Shown here: positions 1 to 9,276 of the stretch, one piece after another
Numbering within the stretch: the stretch's first letter is position 1
Layout of the letters: each line of letters opens with the position of its first letter
Origin: Pyrinomonadaceae bacterium
GTDB lineage: Bacteria; Acidobacteriota; Blastocatellia; Pyrinomonadales; Pyrinomonadaceae
Assembly: GCA_036389375.1 (NCBI GenBank)
Contig: DASVQA010000076.1
Span: 2,669 to 66,668 of the forward strand
DNA: 64,000 nucleotides
Direction of reading: 5' to 3'
Notes under the pieces: model-generated
The model's database searches: none
Seen by the model: only the letters and a program-made list of their open reading frames with translations
Told to the model about the DNA's origin: nothing
Position numbers and translations under genes: made by a program

Positions 1-1713
1 GAAATCAAAGAAGCGATAACGGCCCGGCGTGTAGATGAGCACGCAGGCGGGTTCAAGCGGCGTCATGAACGAGCACGACGCGGCGTAGGTGACGGCGATG
101 GCAAAGGCACGCGGGTTAAGACCCAAGCCCACCGCCGTCTTGATCGCAACGGGCAGCACGACGAGCGCCGCCGCCTGATTCGACATCGGCTGCGTCAGCC
201 CGATGGTCAACAGGATGAAGCCGCCCAAGACGGCGTAAGGGCCGTAAGGGCCGAGCGTGCGCTGGATGAAGTCTGCGAGGTACTGATCCGCGCCCGTCTT
301 GGTCATCGCCGTGCCGAAGCCGATCATGCCGGCGATGAGGACGATGAGCCGCCAGTCCACCATGTCGTACATCTCGTTGGCGCGCACGGAGCGCGTGGCG
401 AGCAGCACCAGCACGCCCAGGAGCACCGCGACCGAGAGCGGCACATGCTCGCCAAACGGGTGAAAGACCGAGAGCACCAGAAAGAGCAGAAAGGCTGCGA
501 GCGCCCAGTTGCGCTTCGACGCGCGCCCGCTCCGTTCGGACACGTCTTCGAGCAGCAGCAGATTGCCCTCCGACGTCAGCGGCTCGACGTGTTCGCGCCG
601 CCCCTGCACGAGCAACACGTCGCCGAAGCGCAAGGAGACCGTGCTCAGCTTTGACAACAGAGCGACGCCGTGCCGGTTAATCGCCAGCGCCGTCAGCCCG
701 AAGCGTTCACGAAAGCGCGTGCCTTTGAGCGTCCGCCCGACGAGGCTTGAGCCGCGCAAGACCATCACCTCGAACAACTCGACCCCGCCCGTCTCAAGAT
801 CGCTCTCGCTCAACTTGAAATCGGCCTTGATCTCTATCCCGGCCTCGCTCTTGACGCGCAGAATGTCCTCCATGCGCCCCTGCACGAGTAGCAGGTCGTC
901 GGGCTGGATGCGCTCGCCGGAGCGCGGCGCGATGCGCCCCTGTTTGCCGCGCAGAATGCCGACCACCGTCAAGTCCATCGCCTGACTCAAGTCCGCCTCG
1001 GCGAGCGTCTGCCCGACGAGCGGCGAATTGTCGAGCACGACGACCTCGGTCATGTACTCGCGGATGTGGTACTGCTCGGTCAAATCCGCCGCGCCGCCGC
1101 CGCGCGCAGGCAACAGCCGCAACCCCAGCAGCACCATGTAGAGCATGCCGACGCCGACGATAGCGACGCCCGCGCGCGTCAACTCGAACATCGAGAACGG
1201 CGGCATGCCGTACTGCGGCAACGCGCCGCTTACCGCCAGATTCGTCGAAGTGCCGATGAGCGTACACGTGCCGCCGAGGATCGCGCCGAACGCAAGCGGC
1301 ATGAGCAGCTTCGACGGCTGCACCTGCGCGCGCTGCGCGATGCCTAAGACGACGGGCACGAGCATTGCCGTCGTCGTCGTATTCTTCATGATGGACGCGC
1401 ACCCGGCGGCGACGAACATGATGAGCACCGTTAGTTTGAACTCGTTGCCGCCCGCGATCCGGTGCAAGCGCCGGCCGACGATGTCCACCACCCCGGTCTT
1501 GACCAGCCCGCCCGTCAGGATGAACAACCCGGCGATGATGATCACCACATCGTTCGAGAAACCGCTGAACGCATCGGTCGGCGTGACGGTGCGCGTGACA
1601 ATGAGCGCGATGACGAGCAGGATGGCGACGATGTCCACGGGGATGCGCTCCGAGCCGAACAGGATGAGCGCAACCAGCAGCAGGATGAGTACGGTGGCAA
1701 TGGGAAGAGTCAT
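1..1713 (-). CDS. SLC13/DASS-type ion permease with two internal TrkA-C (RCK_C) domains; C-terminus cut by window edge
   Basis: Absent from the ORF track because there is no stop inside the window. Manual minus-strand translation from ATG (rc of cat 1711-1713) stays open to base 1: MTLPIATVLILLLVALILFGSERIPVDIVAILLVIALIV... Two hydrophobic permease halves flank soluble repeats (VVVLDNSPLVGQTLAEADL...LLLVQG and VMVLRGSSLVGRTLKGTRFRERFGLTALAINR...VLLVQG). Listed + strand ORFs here look like antisense shadows. Confidence 0.8.
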   Translation of the reverse strand, partial: MTLPIATVLILLLVALILFGSERIPVDIVAILLVIALIVTRTVTPTDAFSGFSNDVVIIIAGLFILTGGLVKTGVVDIVGRRLHRIAGGNEFKLTVLIMFVAAGCASIMKNTTTTAMLVPVVLGIAQRAQVQPSKLLMPLAFGAILGGTCTLIGTSTNLAVSGALPQYGMPPFSMFELTRAGVAIVGVGMLYMVLLGLRLLPARGGGAADLTEQYHIREYMTEVVVLDNSPLVGQTLAEADLSQAMDLTVVGILRGKQGRIAPRSGERIQPDDLLLVQGRMEDILRVKSEAGIEIKADFKLSESDLETGGVELFEVMVLRGSSLVGRTLKGTRFRERFGLTALAINRHGVALLSKLSTVSLRFGDVLLVQGRREHVEPLTSEGNLLLLEDVSERSGRASKRNWALAAFLLFLVLSVFHPFGEHVPLSVAVLLGVLVLLATRSVRANEMYDMVDWRLIVLIAGMIGFGTAMTKTGADQYLADFIQRTLGPYGPYAVLGGFILLTIGLTQPMSNQAAALVVLPVAIKTAVGLGLNPRAFAIAVTYAASCSFMTPLEPACVLIYTPGRYRFFDF

Positions 1714-1815
1714 GATCGCTTCTGTTATACTGCCCGCACCTAAGTTAATGAAAAGAGATTTCGGCCGCGTGGGCCGCAGCCGTCTGTGATCTAATTGGAA
1801 AGGGGAACCTCGCTC

Positions 1816-2334
1816 GTGGGCCAGCATCGCATTCTCGTCATAGAAGATCAAGAAGACCTAGCCGAACTTTACGAGTCGTCGCTCAAGCGGGCTAACTATC
1901 AGGTGCGGCTCGCCTACACCGGCGAAGAGGGCGTCGCGGAGTTTCAGGAGCACGGCGCGGACGCGGTACTCCTCGACATGACGCTGCCGGAAATGCACGG
2001 CACAAAAGTGTTGGAAGAGATTCGCGCGATCTCGACGAGCGTGCCCGTGCTGGTTGTGACGGGCGAGACGCTGGCGGAATCGCGCTCCGTGTGCGACCGG
2101 CTCGGCGTGCAGGAGTATCTGACGAAGCCGCCGGAGTTGAAACAACTGCTCGCCGCCTTCGAGCGCGCCCTCGCCCGGCCCACCAGCGACGAAGAGTACA
2201 TCGTCGTCACCATGCGCCTGCCCGCGCGCGTCTTGCAGCAGTTGGTGGATATTGACGCGAACCTCGAACGCGCCATCACGCGCGTCTGCGACGAATGCGG
2301 CGAACCTCTGCGCGCGCTCGCCGCGAAGAAATAA
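1816..2334 (+). CDS. Single-domain response regulator (CheY-like receiver) with short C-terminal extension
   Basis: ILVIEDQEDLAELY...ADAVLLDMTLPEMHG...PVLVVTGE...YLTKP receiver motifs. Track ORF starts at TTG 1795; GTG 1816 follows a GGGGA Shine-Dalgarno. Confidence 0.8.
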   Translation: MGQHRILVIEDQEDLAELYESSLKRANYQVRLAYTGEEGVAEFQEHGADAVLLDMTLPEMHGTKVLEEIRAISTSVPVLVVTGETLAESRSVCDRLGVQEYLTKPPELKQLLAAFERALARPTSDEEYIVVTMRLPARVLQQLVDIDANLERAITRVCDECGEPLRALAAKK

Positions 2335-2399
2335 AGGCGCGCGCGTTCAACTCAAACAACGACGCCAGCGACCGTCGCTAATTATCGCTGATTTGGGGC

Positions 2400-2428
2400 T
2401 TGACAGTTTTCAGAATAAGAATTATTAT
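2400..2428 (+). promoter_or_regulatory. Sigma70-type promoter of the Fur-family gene, overlapped by a Fur/PerR-box-like near-palindrome
   Basis: TTGACA (2400-2405), 17 bp spacer, TATTAT (2423-2428). ATAAGAATTATTAT (2415-2428) matches its own reverse complement at 12/14 positions and covers the -10. Confidence 0.6.
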
Positions 2429-2491
2429 CCGTTTGCTTTAAGACGTGCGCGCGGGCTGCTGGTTTGCAGTTCGTGGGCGGGGAAGAATGAA

Positions 2492-2926
2492 ATGGACGAG
2501 GTAAAGCAGACAGGCGGATTGGCCGAGTTGCGGCAGAAATTGGACGCGCGCGGCGGGCACATGACGCGCCAACGCGCTGCCGTCTACGACTATCTGAGTC
2601 AGTCCACGCACCATCCGACTGCCGAAGAGGTCTTCCTCAACGTCAAACGCAAGCTGCCAAAGATAAGTCTGGCCACTGTTTACAAGAATCTTGAGGCACT
2701 CGTCGCCTGTGCGGCCATCTCGAAACTCACTTACGGCGACGGTTCGGCGCGCTACGACATACGCACCGACCATCACTATCACACGCGCTGCCTTAAATGT
2801 GGGCGCATGTGGGATTTAGAAGCGGGGCGCGGCCTCGCCGCCCTGCAACAGATCGAGCCGCAGGCCGGTTTCAGCGTCGCCGATTACCGGCTGGAATTGT
2901 TGGGCTACTGTCAGGACTGCAAGTGA
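2492..2926 (+). CDS. Fur-family metalloregulator, PerR-like by context
   Basis: C-terminal part of track ORF 2252-2926. MDEVKQTG...MTRQRAAVYDYL...HPTAEEVF...ISLATVYKNLE...HHYHTRCLKCGRMWDL...GYCQDCK shows the Fur winged helix, HHxH and two CxxC pairs. Sits directly upstream of the catalase. Confidence 0.85.
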   Translation: MDEVKQTGGLAELRQKLDARGGHMTRQRAAVYDYLSQSTHHPTAEEVFLNVKRKLPKISLATVYKNLEALVACAAISKLTYGDGSARYDIRTDHHYHTRCLKCGRMWDLEAGRGLAALQQIEPQAGFSVADYRLELLGYCQDCK

Positions 2927-2948
2927 AATTTTTTTTGCTAAGGCATCA

Positions 2949-2962
2949 ATAGTTATTCTTAC
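2949..2962. promoter_or_regulatory. Second copy of the operator-like motif, upstream of the catalase
   Basis: ATAGTTATTCTTAC; its reverse complement GTAAGAATAACTAT matches ATAAGAATTATTAT (2415-2428) at 11/14 positions. Lies in an AT-rich spacer 78 bp before the catalase ATG. Confidence 0.45.
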
Positions 2963-3039
2963 TTTTGGTTTGTCGGCGTGGGCAATCTCGCGGGCGGCCA
3001 ACAACTTGAGCGACCACAGGAAGGAGCAGTTACGAGAGC

Positions 3040-4569
3040 ATGAGCGAGCAGGAGAAGAAGGTCCGGGCGCAGGGCGAGCAGCCAATTCTAACGAACCGTC
3101 AGGGTCATCCCGTCTACGACAACCAGAACAACCGCACCATCGGCGAACGCGGGCCGACCGTGCTGGAAAACTACCAGTTTCTTGAAAAGATCACCCATTT
3201 CGACCGTGAGCGGACGCCGGAACGCGTCGTCCACGCGCGCGGCGCTGGCGCGCACGGATATTTCGAGGCTTACGGCCGGATCGGCAGCGACCCGGCGAAA
3301 AAGTATACGCGCGCTAAACTCTTTCAGGAGAAGGGCAAGCGCACGCCCGTCTTCGTCCGCTTCTCGACCGTGATTCACGGCGGGCACTCGCCGGAAAACC
3401 TGCGCGACCCGCGCGGCTTCGCCATCAAGTTCTACACCGAAGACGGCAACTGGGACTTGGTCGGCAACAATCTGCAAATCTTCTTTATCCGCGACGCGGT
3501 CAAATTCCCTGACCTCGTCCACGCCTTCAAACCCGACCCCGTGACAAACCGTCAGGACGCGCGCCGCATCTTCGATTTCATCAGCCTGACGCCCGAAGCC
3601 ATGCACATGATCACGTGGCTCTTTAGCCCATGGGGCATCCCCGCCAGCTACCGCGAGATGCGCGGTTCCGGCGTCAACACCTACAAGATGGTGAACGCGG
3701 GCGGCGAGGCGGTGCTCGTCAAATATCACTTCCGCCCGAAGCAGGCGGAGCGCAACCTGACGCAGACGGAGGCGGACGAGATCCGTAACTTCAACCACGC
3801 GACGCAGGACTTGTACGAAGCCATCGAACGGGGCGACTATCCTGAGTGGGAGATGTTCGTGCAGATCATGTCGGACGACGAACACACGGAGTTGGATTTC
3901 GACCCGCTCGACGCGACGAAGCTTTGGCCCGAAGAACAGTTTCCGCTCCTGCGCGTCGGCCGCCTCGTGCTCGACAAGAACCCCGCGAACTACTTCGCAG
4001 AGGTCGAGCAGGTCGCCTTCGGCACGGGCGTGCTCGTGGACGGGCTAGATTTCTCCGACGACAAACTGCTGCAGGGGCGCACCTTCTCCTACTCCGACAC
4101 GCAACGCCATCGCGTCGGCACAAACTACCTGCAACTGCCCATTAACCGGCCCAAAGTACATGTCGCCACCAACCAGCGCGACGGGCAGATGGCCTTCTAC
4201 GTGGACAGCATAGAAGCGGGCGAGAACCCGCACGTCAACTACGAGCCGTCGAGCAAAGGGGGCTTGCGTGAAGCGCCGAAGACGGGGCTGGACTATACGC
4301 CTTACGTCTCCGGCCACGTCGTGCGGCAGGCGATCAGCCGGACGAACAACTACAAGCAGGCGGGCGAGCGTTACCGCTCGTTCCAGCCGTGGGAGCGCGA
4401 CGAACTGATCAGCAATCTGGTCGGCGCGCTCGCACAGTGCGACCGCGACATACAGGAACGCATGGTCGGACATCTGTTACAGTGCGACTCGGATTACGGT
4501 CTACGTGTGGCGGACGGGCTGGGCGTCAGGGCCAACGAACTGACAGCCCGCACGGCCGGCGGACGCTAA
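3040..4569 (+). CDS. katA: Monofunctional heme catalase (small-subunit type)
   Basis: 509 aa with ...[23 protein letters not shown]...RFSTV...[21 protein letters not shown]...FFIRD... hallmark catalase motifs. Confidence 0.95.
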   Translation: MSEQEKKVRAQGEQPILTNRQGHPVYDNQNNRTIGERGPTVLENYQFLEKITHFDRERTPERVVHARGAGAHGYFEAYGRIGSDPAKKYTRAKLFQEKGKRTPVFVRFSTVIHGGHSPENLRDPRGFAIKFYTEDGNWDLVGNNLQIFFIRDAVKFPDLVHAFKPDPVTNRQDARRIFDFISLTPEAMHMITWLFSPWGIPASYREMRGSGVNTYKMVNAGGEAVLVKYHFRPKQAERNLTQTEADEIRNFNHATQDLYEAIERGDYPEWEMFVQIMSDDEHTELDFDPLDATKLWPEEQFPLLRVGRLVLDKNPANYFAEVEQVAFGTGVLVDGLDFSDDKLLQGRTFSYSDTQRHRVGTNYLQLPINRPKVHVATNQRDGQMAFYVDSIEAGENPHVNYEPSSKGGLREAPKTGLDYTPYVSGHVVRQAISRTNNYKQAGERYRSFQPWERDELISNLVGALAQCDRDIQERMVGHLLQCDSDYGLRVADGLGVRANELTARTAGGR

Positions 4570-4655
4570 ACAAATATGGCAGCGCGGCCCGCGGCGGCGG
4601 CCCGGTTTTCAAGTCCGCCGCAGGCTGCGCCCTGACCAGAGAGGGGAGACATACG

Positions 4656-5042
4656 ATGCGGCAGGCTTACGCTGAAGACGTTCACAGGCTCGCGCAAGCG
4701 AACCAGAATTTTCGACAGGTGTTGTTCACCACCGAGCGCTCACAACTCGTGCTGATGACGCTGCAACCCGGCGAGGAGATCGGCGAAGAGGTACACGAAG
4801 GGATCGATCAGGTGCTCGCGTTCGTCGCGGGGACGGGCGAGGCAGTCATCGAAGGCGAACGCCAGCCGGTGCGGGCCGGCAGCGTCGTGGTCGTGCCCGG
4901 CGGCACGCGGCACAACTTCATCAACACGGGCGGCGCACCGCTCAGACTCGCCACCATCTACACGCCGCCGGAACACCCGGACGGCACAGTGCATCGCACG
5001 AAGGCCGAAGCCGACGAGTACGAGCGCGCACATCATCACTGA
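4656..5042 (+). CDS. Cupin-domain protein
   Basis: MRQAYAEDVHRL...LQPGEEIGEEVHEGIDQVLAFVAGTGEAVIEGE...VVVPGGTRHNFINTG. GAGGGGAG Shine-Dalgarno before ATG 4656; the upstream part of track ORF 4389 overlaps the catalase. Confidence 0.8.
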   Translation: MRQAYAEDVHRLAQANQNFRQVLFTTERSQLVLMTLQPGEEIGEEVHEGIDQVLAFVAGTGEAVIEGERQPVRAGSVVVVPGGTRHNFINTGGAPLRLATIYTPPEHPDGTVHRTKAEADEYERAHHH

Positions 5043-5209
5043 GGCACGCGGAGGCGCAGTTCCGGTCATACGCAGTTCACTCAAAGGGCGGCTCAGCGTG
5101 TGATGAGGGCGAGAGGGGCTGCTTGAGTCGCAGCCCGCGCTCGCGGCGGACGCCGCCCGCCGGCCTTTGACAGCCGGCGGGCGGCGTCGCGCTCCTTTAG
5201 GTGTGACTG

Positions 5210-6442
5210 TTAGCGGGGCGGGGCGAGGAATACGTCCCAAGCCCAGCGCGATAGTTTCGTGGGCCGCGTGGCGGACACCTTGGCCCTGTAGCGGAACACG
5301 TTGCCATGCTCATCGCGCCGCCGCGCCTCTCTGTAGTCGAGCGCGAGGGCCGCGACGCCAAGTTCCGACAGCGGGTGCAACTCGGCCGGCTCTGAACTGC
5401 CGTTGTGGTTCACGTCCTGCCATAGGCGCAGGGCATTGAACACGGTATCGCTGGCGTTGATGATCCGGTCGCCGTTGCCGCCCTGCGCCGGGTCGTCGAA
5501 TACAGCTAGGGCCGCGAAGCCGTTCGGATCGGCTGCGGCGGGCTGCGGCGTGCGGTCGCCAAACAACTCTTGCCCATTGTCTATGCGCCCGTTGCCGTCG
5601 CGGTCAAGCGCAAGCCAGGCGTCGTCGCTACCCACTTCCGTCCATGCGAGCCGGTTGGGCGTGCCGTCGCCATCAATGTCAAAGTCCACGCCGCCGCGCC
5701 CGTCCGTAAGGCGGACGCCGTCGCCCGCCGTGTCAAGGATGACCGGCGTATAGCAGTTGCCCCAAGGGTCGCAATATGCGCCGACCAGCGCGCAACGCTG
5801 GTCACATTCCTCCCGACACTCCATGCGCCCGTCGGTCACCCCGTTGCAATTGTTGTCGATCCAGTCGTCACAGATTTCCGGCGCGCCGGGATGGATTGAG
5901 GCATCGAAGTCGTCGCAGTCGTCGCCGCCGCAGGACTGGTCTGTGTGGCCGTCGCCGTCTAGGTCGCAGCAGGCGTCGCCGCCCTGACAGTCGTTATCGA
6001 TCCCGTCGCTGCAAATTTCAGTCGCGCCGGGATGAATGTTGGAGTTGTTGTCGTTGCAATCGGGGCCGCCGCAGGCCGAACTGTTGTAGCCGTCGTGATC
6101 CAGATCGCAGCATGACGGGTCGTTGAATCGATTAAAGATCGTGACGAACTCGTCGTGACATGGATTCTGCTCGGTGTCGTTACCAAACCGGCAGGTAATG
6201 TCGCGCGTCTGCAAGGACTGGATACCGGAGCCGTTACTGAAGCCTGAGTTGCCCTGCACGGAACGCGCGCCGCAGACCGCGCTGCCACAATCGTCCGACT
6301 GATCCGCATCGAAGTTCTGACATGCGTTGATGACCTGTGCGGCCGCGAGGGTCGCTGGCTTATACGGCGCACGCTGGCCCTGAGCGATCAGCAAAATGAT
6401 CCCGAGTGCCAAGACCGCGGCCAGAAGAGCGTTCAATTTCAT
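5210..6442 (-). CDS. Secreted cysteine-rich protein with MopE-type putative metal-binding repeats and Asp-rich calcium-binding-like repeats
   Basis: Start moved to MKLNALLAAVLALGIILLIAQG (signal peptide, AGGAGG Shine-Dalgarno). Repeats CDLDHDGY..CGGPDCNDNNSNIHPGATEICSDGIDNDC and DLDGDGH..CGGDDCDDFDASIHPGAPEICDDWIDNNCNG, then DFDIDGDG...LDRDGNGRIDNGQELFG. Confidence 0.7.
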   Translation of the reverse strand: MKLNALLAAVLALGIILLIAQGQRAPYKPATLAAAQVINACQNFDADQSDDCGSAVCGARSVQGNSGFSNGSGIQSLQTRDITCRFGNDTEQNPCHDEFVTIFNRFNDPSCCDLDHDGYNSSACGGPDCNDNNSNIHPGATEICSDGIDNDCQGGDACCDLDGDGHTDQSCGGDDCDDFDASIHPGAPEICDDWIDNNCNGVTDGRMECREECDQRCALVGAYCDPWGNCYTPVILDTAGDGVRLTDGRGGVDFDIDGDGTPNRLAWTEVGSDDAWLALDRDGNGRIDNGQELFGDRTPQPAAADPNGFAALAVFDDPAQGGNGDRIINASDTVFNALRLWQDVNHNGSSEPAELHPLSELGVAALALDYREARRRDEHGNVFRYRAKVSATRPTKLSRWAWDVFLAPPR

Positions 6443-6467
6443 GGTGTGCCTCCTTTCTATGGCGCGC

Positions 6468-7151
6468 TCATTTACTGTCCGGCACAAACTGCTCGTCGCT
6501 TACGCGGAGCCACTTGCGCACGGCCTTTGCGTCCGGGTTGCGCTTGAAGAGATGCCCGCCCGACCAGAGCGTGTCGTCGTCGAACAGCACCTCGCCCAGC
6601 CTGAAGGTAGCTTTGTGAATGAGGTTGACGGACGGATACCTGAGTTCGATGAGCCGCTTGATCTGACCGTAATCGGCGGCGAGTGAAACCTCAAGTGAGT
6701 CGTGCGGCAGCAGGCGCAACGGCGGATTGCTGCGCGTCACTTCAAGGTCTGGATGGCGACCCACGAAGAGTTGGTGGAGCAGCACGTGCCCTGTGGCCCC
6801 GGTCTCAGGGAAGTCTATGTCAATGCGGGCCCAGGTAATGGGCTTGGCCGCACGGTTCGTGAGCCTGATGGTCACGTCCTGTAGCCAGTCGGCCTCACCC
6901 TCGAACTTTTCAGCCAGATGGGCCGGTATGCCCTTGACCTTGAGGCTGGCAAATTCAACCGGCTCGGCCTGCGTGGTAAAGCCTTTCGCTACGAGTCGCT
7001 CATTCCCGTGTAAGGCCGGCTCTTCTTGGGCTTGGTGGTACGTCCAACCGCTCAGGTACAGCGTGAGGACGCAGAGGTTGGCGATGGCGAGCGCGATGGT
7101 AACTTTCAGCCGCCGCGCAGAGTGGTTGGGCTGACGCTCCTGCTTGACCAT
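6468..7151 (-). CDS. Hypothetical membrane-anchored protein
   Basis: MVKQERQPNHSARRLKVTIALAIANLCVLTLYLSGW with one N-terminal TM and an AGGAGG Shine-Dalgarno before ATG (rc 7149-7151). No family recognised. Confidence 0.6.
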   Translation of the reverse strand: MVKQERQPNHSARRLKVTIALAIANLCVLTLYLSGWTYHQAQEEPALHGNERLVAKGFTTQAEPVEFASLKVKGIPAHLAEKFEGEADWLQDVTIRLTNRAAKPITWARIDIDFPETGATGHVLLHQLFVGRHPDLEVTRSNPPLRLLPHDSLEVSLAADYGQIKRLIELRYPSVNLIHKATFRLGEVLFDDDTLWSGGHLFKRNPDAKAVRKWLRVSDEQFVPDSK

Positions 7152-7311
7152 GATGCACCTCCTGTCTGTTGTTTGGGGTGTGAGATTGACGAAAACTTGG
7201 GGGCAGGCACTCGTCAACGAGCGTGCGAGGTATGCTTGCGAGGGCCCGAAGGATATGCCTCTTTGCCGCGCCCGTCAACAATAGATGTGCGGGCCCGGCC
7301 GGCGCGCTGGC

Positions 7312-8340
7312 TTAGTCGAACAGTGTCTGCTCGACGGCGGTGGCGGCTTTCTTCGGCGCGCGTTTCTTCGGCTTGTCGGTTGCGCCGGGATGTTCGGCGA
7401 GGTGTTCGGCGTTGAAGCCGAGTTCACGTAAGCGCGCGGCGAACTTGGCGGGGCCGTGCATGGTGATGATGCGGACTGCGCCGGTTTCTCGTGCAAGGCG
7501 GACAAGGTCTTCGTAGTCGGCGTGATCCGAGAGCGGCAGCACCAAGTCCACGCCTCTGTACATGTAGGGCGCGCTCTTGCTCATGGCCCAGCCCGTGAGC
7601 ATGATGACGTAGCGCCGCTCGATGTTTAAGACCATCGGCTGCTTACGACAGCCCGGCGGCGCAATGAGCACGCGCCCCCGCAGGTTGGCGCGTTCATAAC
7701 GCTCATACGGCCCCGCAAACTCCACGCCCAACTCGCGGTAAATCTCCGACACGTTCCACACAGAGCCATGCAGCGTCACGCGATAGCCGCGCCGCAGTAG
7801 AATCTCCAACGCCTCCTGCCCTTTGCCGAGCGCGTAGGCGAGTACGACCGGCACGCGTTCATCCGAGAGCGCGCGATCCACCGCCGCGTACAACCGCTCG
7901 TTCGTCACCACGTCCGGCGGGAAGTGATAGAGCGGGTCGCCGAAGGTGGACTCCATCACGAGCGTGTCGCACGGCACGACGACGGCATCCTCCGCCGCCA
8001 CGTTCGGACGCAACTTGATGTCGCCCGTATAGACCAGCCGCTCGCCGTCGGCTTCGACCAACACCTGCGCCGAGCCGAGACAATGACCGGCCGGGTAGAA
8101 GGTCAGAGCATAGCGCCCGTAGTCGCGCCGCTCGCCGTAGTGTTGCGTGCTGATTTCGGCCGCGCCGCGCCGGTGCTGGAAGATGCGCGCGGTCGCGGGC
8201 GTGGCAATGATCGCGCGATGCTCCGCAATGTGATCCGAGTGTGCATGCGAGATCACGCAGCGGTCGCGCGGGCCGTCTGCGTCGAGCCACAGATCAAGGT
8301 CGGGCAAGTACAGTCCTTCACGATATTCGACGCGCAACAA
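7312..8340 (-). CDS. MBL-fold/beta-CASP-like exonuclease resembling the ligase-associated DNA damage response exonuclease family
   Basis: MLRVEYREGLYLPDLDLWLDADGPRDRCVISHAHSDHIAEH...MESTFG...AYALGKGQE...PLSDHADYEDLVRLARETGAVRIITMHG. Size and motif order match that family as I recall it. Confidence 0.65.
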   Translation of the reverse strand: MLRVEYREGLYLPDLDLWLDADGPRDRCVISHAHSDHIAEHRAIIATPATARIFQHRRGAAEISTQHYGERRDYGRYALTFYPAGHCLGSAQVLVEADGERLVYTGDIKLRPNVAAEDAVVVPCDTLVMESTFGDPLYHFPPDVVTNERLYAAVDRALSDERVPVVLAYALGKGQEALEILLRRGYRVTLHGSVWNVSEIYRELGVEFAGPYERYERANLRGRVLIAPPGCRKQPMVLNIERRYVIMLTGWAMSKSAPYMYRGVDLVLPLSDHADYEDLVRLARETGAVRIITMHGPAKFAARLRELGFNAEHLAEHPGATDKPKKRAPKKAATAVEQTLFD

Positions 8341-8517
8341 AACTTAAGACCCTCAGGCGGCAGTGTCGCCTGAGCGACGGCGCGCCACACTCAACCGGCC
8401 GTTGACTTGTCTTCGGGAGATTCGCTCGCACCTATTATAATGCACCGCCCGCGTGCGCGTCATCGAATAGACGCGGCGATACAACCCAGACGCTACGTGC
8501 GACCGAAGCAACCTCAA

Positions 8518-9276
8518 ATGACAACACCGCCCGCAGAGCCGCCCGTCGCCGCCGCACCTGACCCGCCCGCCGCCCGCCGCACATGGCTGCGCCGTCTCGC
8601 CGCGCTTCGTCTGCGCCGCGCCGAGTGGGTCTTCGTCGTGGCGCTGACAGGCTTTGCCGCGCTCGCCATCCTCGCGCATCTCTACGCCTATTTCGGTTGG
8701 GACGTGGCCACCGCACACGCCTTGCAACGCGCGCCCGTGCCCGGCCTCTTCACCTTCATGCGCGCCGTCTCAAGCTTCGGCAACGCGTGGCATCCGTTTG
8801 CGCTGACGACCGCAACTGCGCTCGCGCTGCTCGCGCGCGCGCGCCGCACGGAAGCGGCCGGCCTCGTCCTGAGCGCAGGCGGCGGCAGCCTCGTCAACAC
8901 CATCGTCAAACTCGTCGTCGCGCGCCCGCGCCCGGCCGCCGCGCTGGTCTCTGTGTACCGGCCGCTCTTGACCAAGAGCTTCCCTTCAGGGCACGTCACG
9001 TTCTACGTCTGCTACTTCGGCTTCCTCTTCTTCGCTGCCTACGCCGTGCTGCCGCCGCGCACATGGGCCCGCCGGCTCGCCCTCACCGCGACGGCGCTGC
9101 CGGTCGCCACCGTCGGCCTCTCGCGCGTCTATCTCGGCGCACACTGGCCCAGCGACACGCTCGGTGCATACCTGCTGAGCGGGCTGTGGCTCGCGTGCGC
9201 CGTCCACCTCTATCGCAGGTGGAAAGAGCGTTCGACGCTGCATCCGGAGGACAAGCCGGGCGTTAGTGTTCGATGA
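8518..9276 (+). CDS. PAP2-family phosphatase (membrane)
   Basis: SFPSGHVTF...SRVYLGAHWPSDTLGAY PAP2 motifs with multiple TM segments. ATG 8518 (MTTPPAEPP) preferred over the track start. Confidence 0.8.
   Translation: MTTPPAEPPVAAAPDPPAARRTWLRRLAALRLRRAEWVFVVALTGFAALAILAHLYAYFGWDVATAHALQRAPVPGLFTFMRAVSSFGNAWHPFALTTATALALLARARRTEAAGLVLSAGGGSLVNTIVKLVVARPRPAAALVSVYRPLLTKSFPSGHVTFYVCYFGFLFFAAYAVLPPRTWARRLALTATALPVATVGLSRVYLGAHWPSDTLGAYLLSGLWLACAVHLYRRWKERSTLHPEDKPGVSVR

Noticed and set aside
2927-3039. Separate sigma70 promoter for the catalase (TTGCTA at 2935-2940).
   Set aside because: No acceptable -10 hexamer lies at 16-18 bp spacing. The catalase may be co-transcribed with the regulator or use a non-canonical promoter. 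Only the operator-like motif is reported.
3088-3885. Long antisense ORFs inside clearly coding genes. Examples: 3088-3885 opposite the catalase, 14955-16157 opposite the acyl-CoA dehydrogenase, 25998-27503, 29814-31007, 44276-45505, 47204-47995, 53053-53949.
   Set aside because: They are Arg/Ala/Gly-rich low-complexity translations typical of shadow frames in high-GC DNA. Each overlaps a gene with unmistakable family motifs on the other strand.
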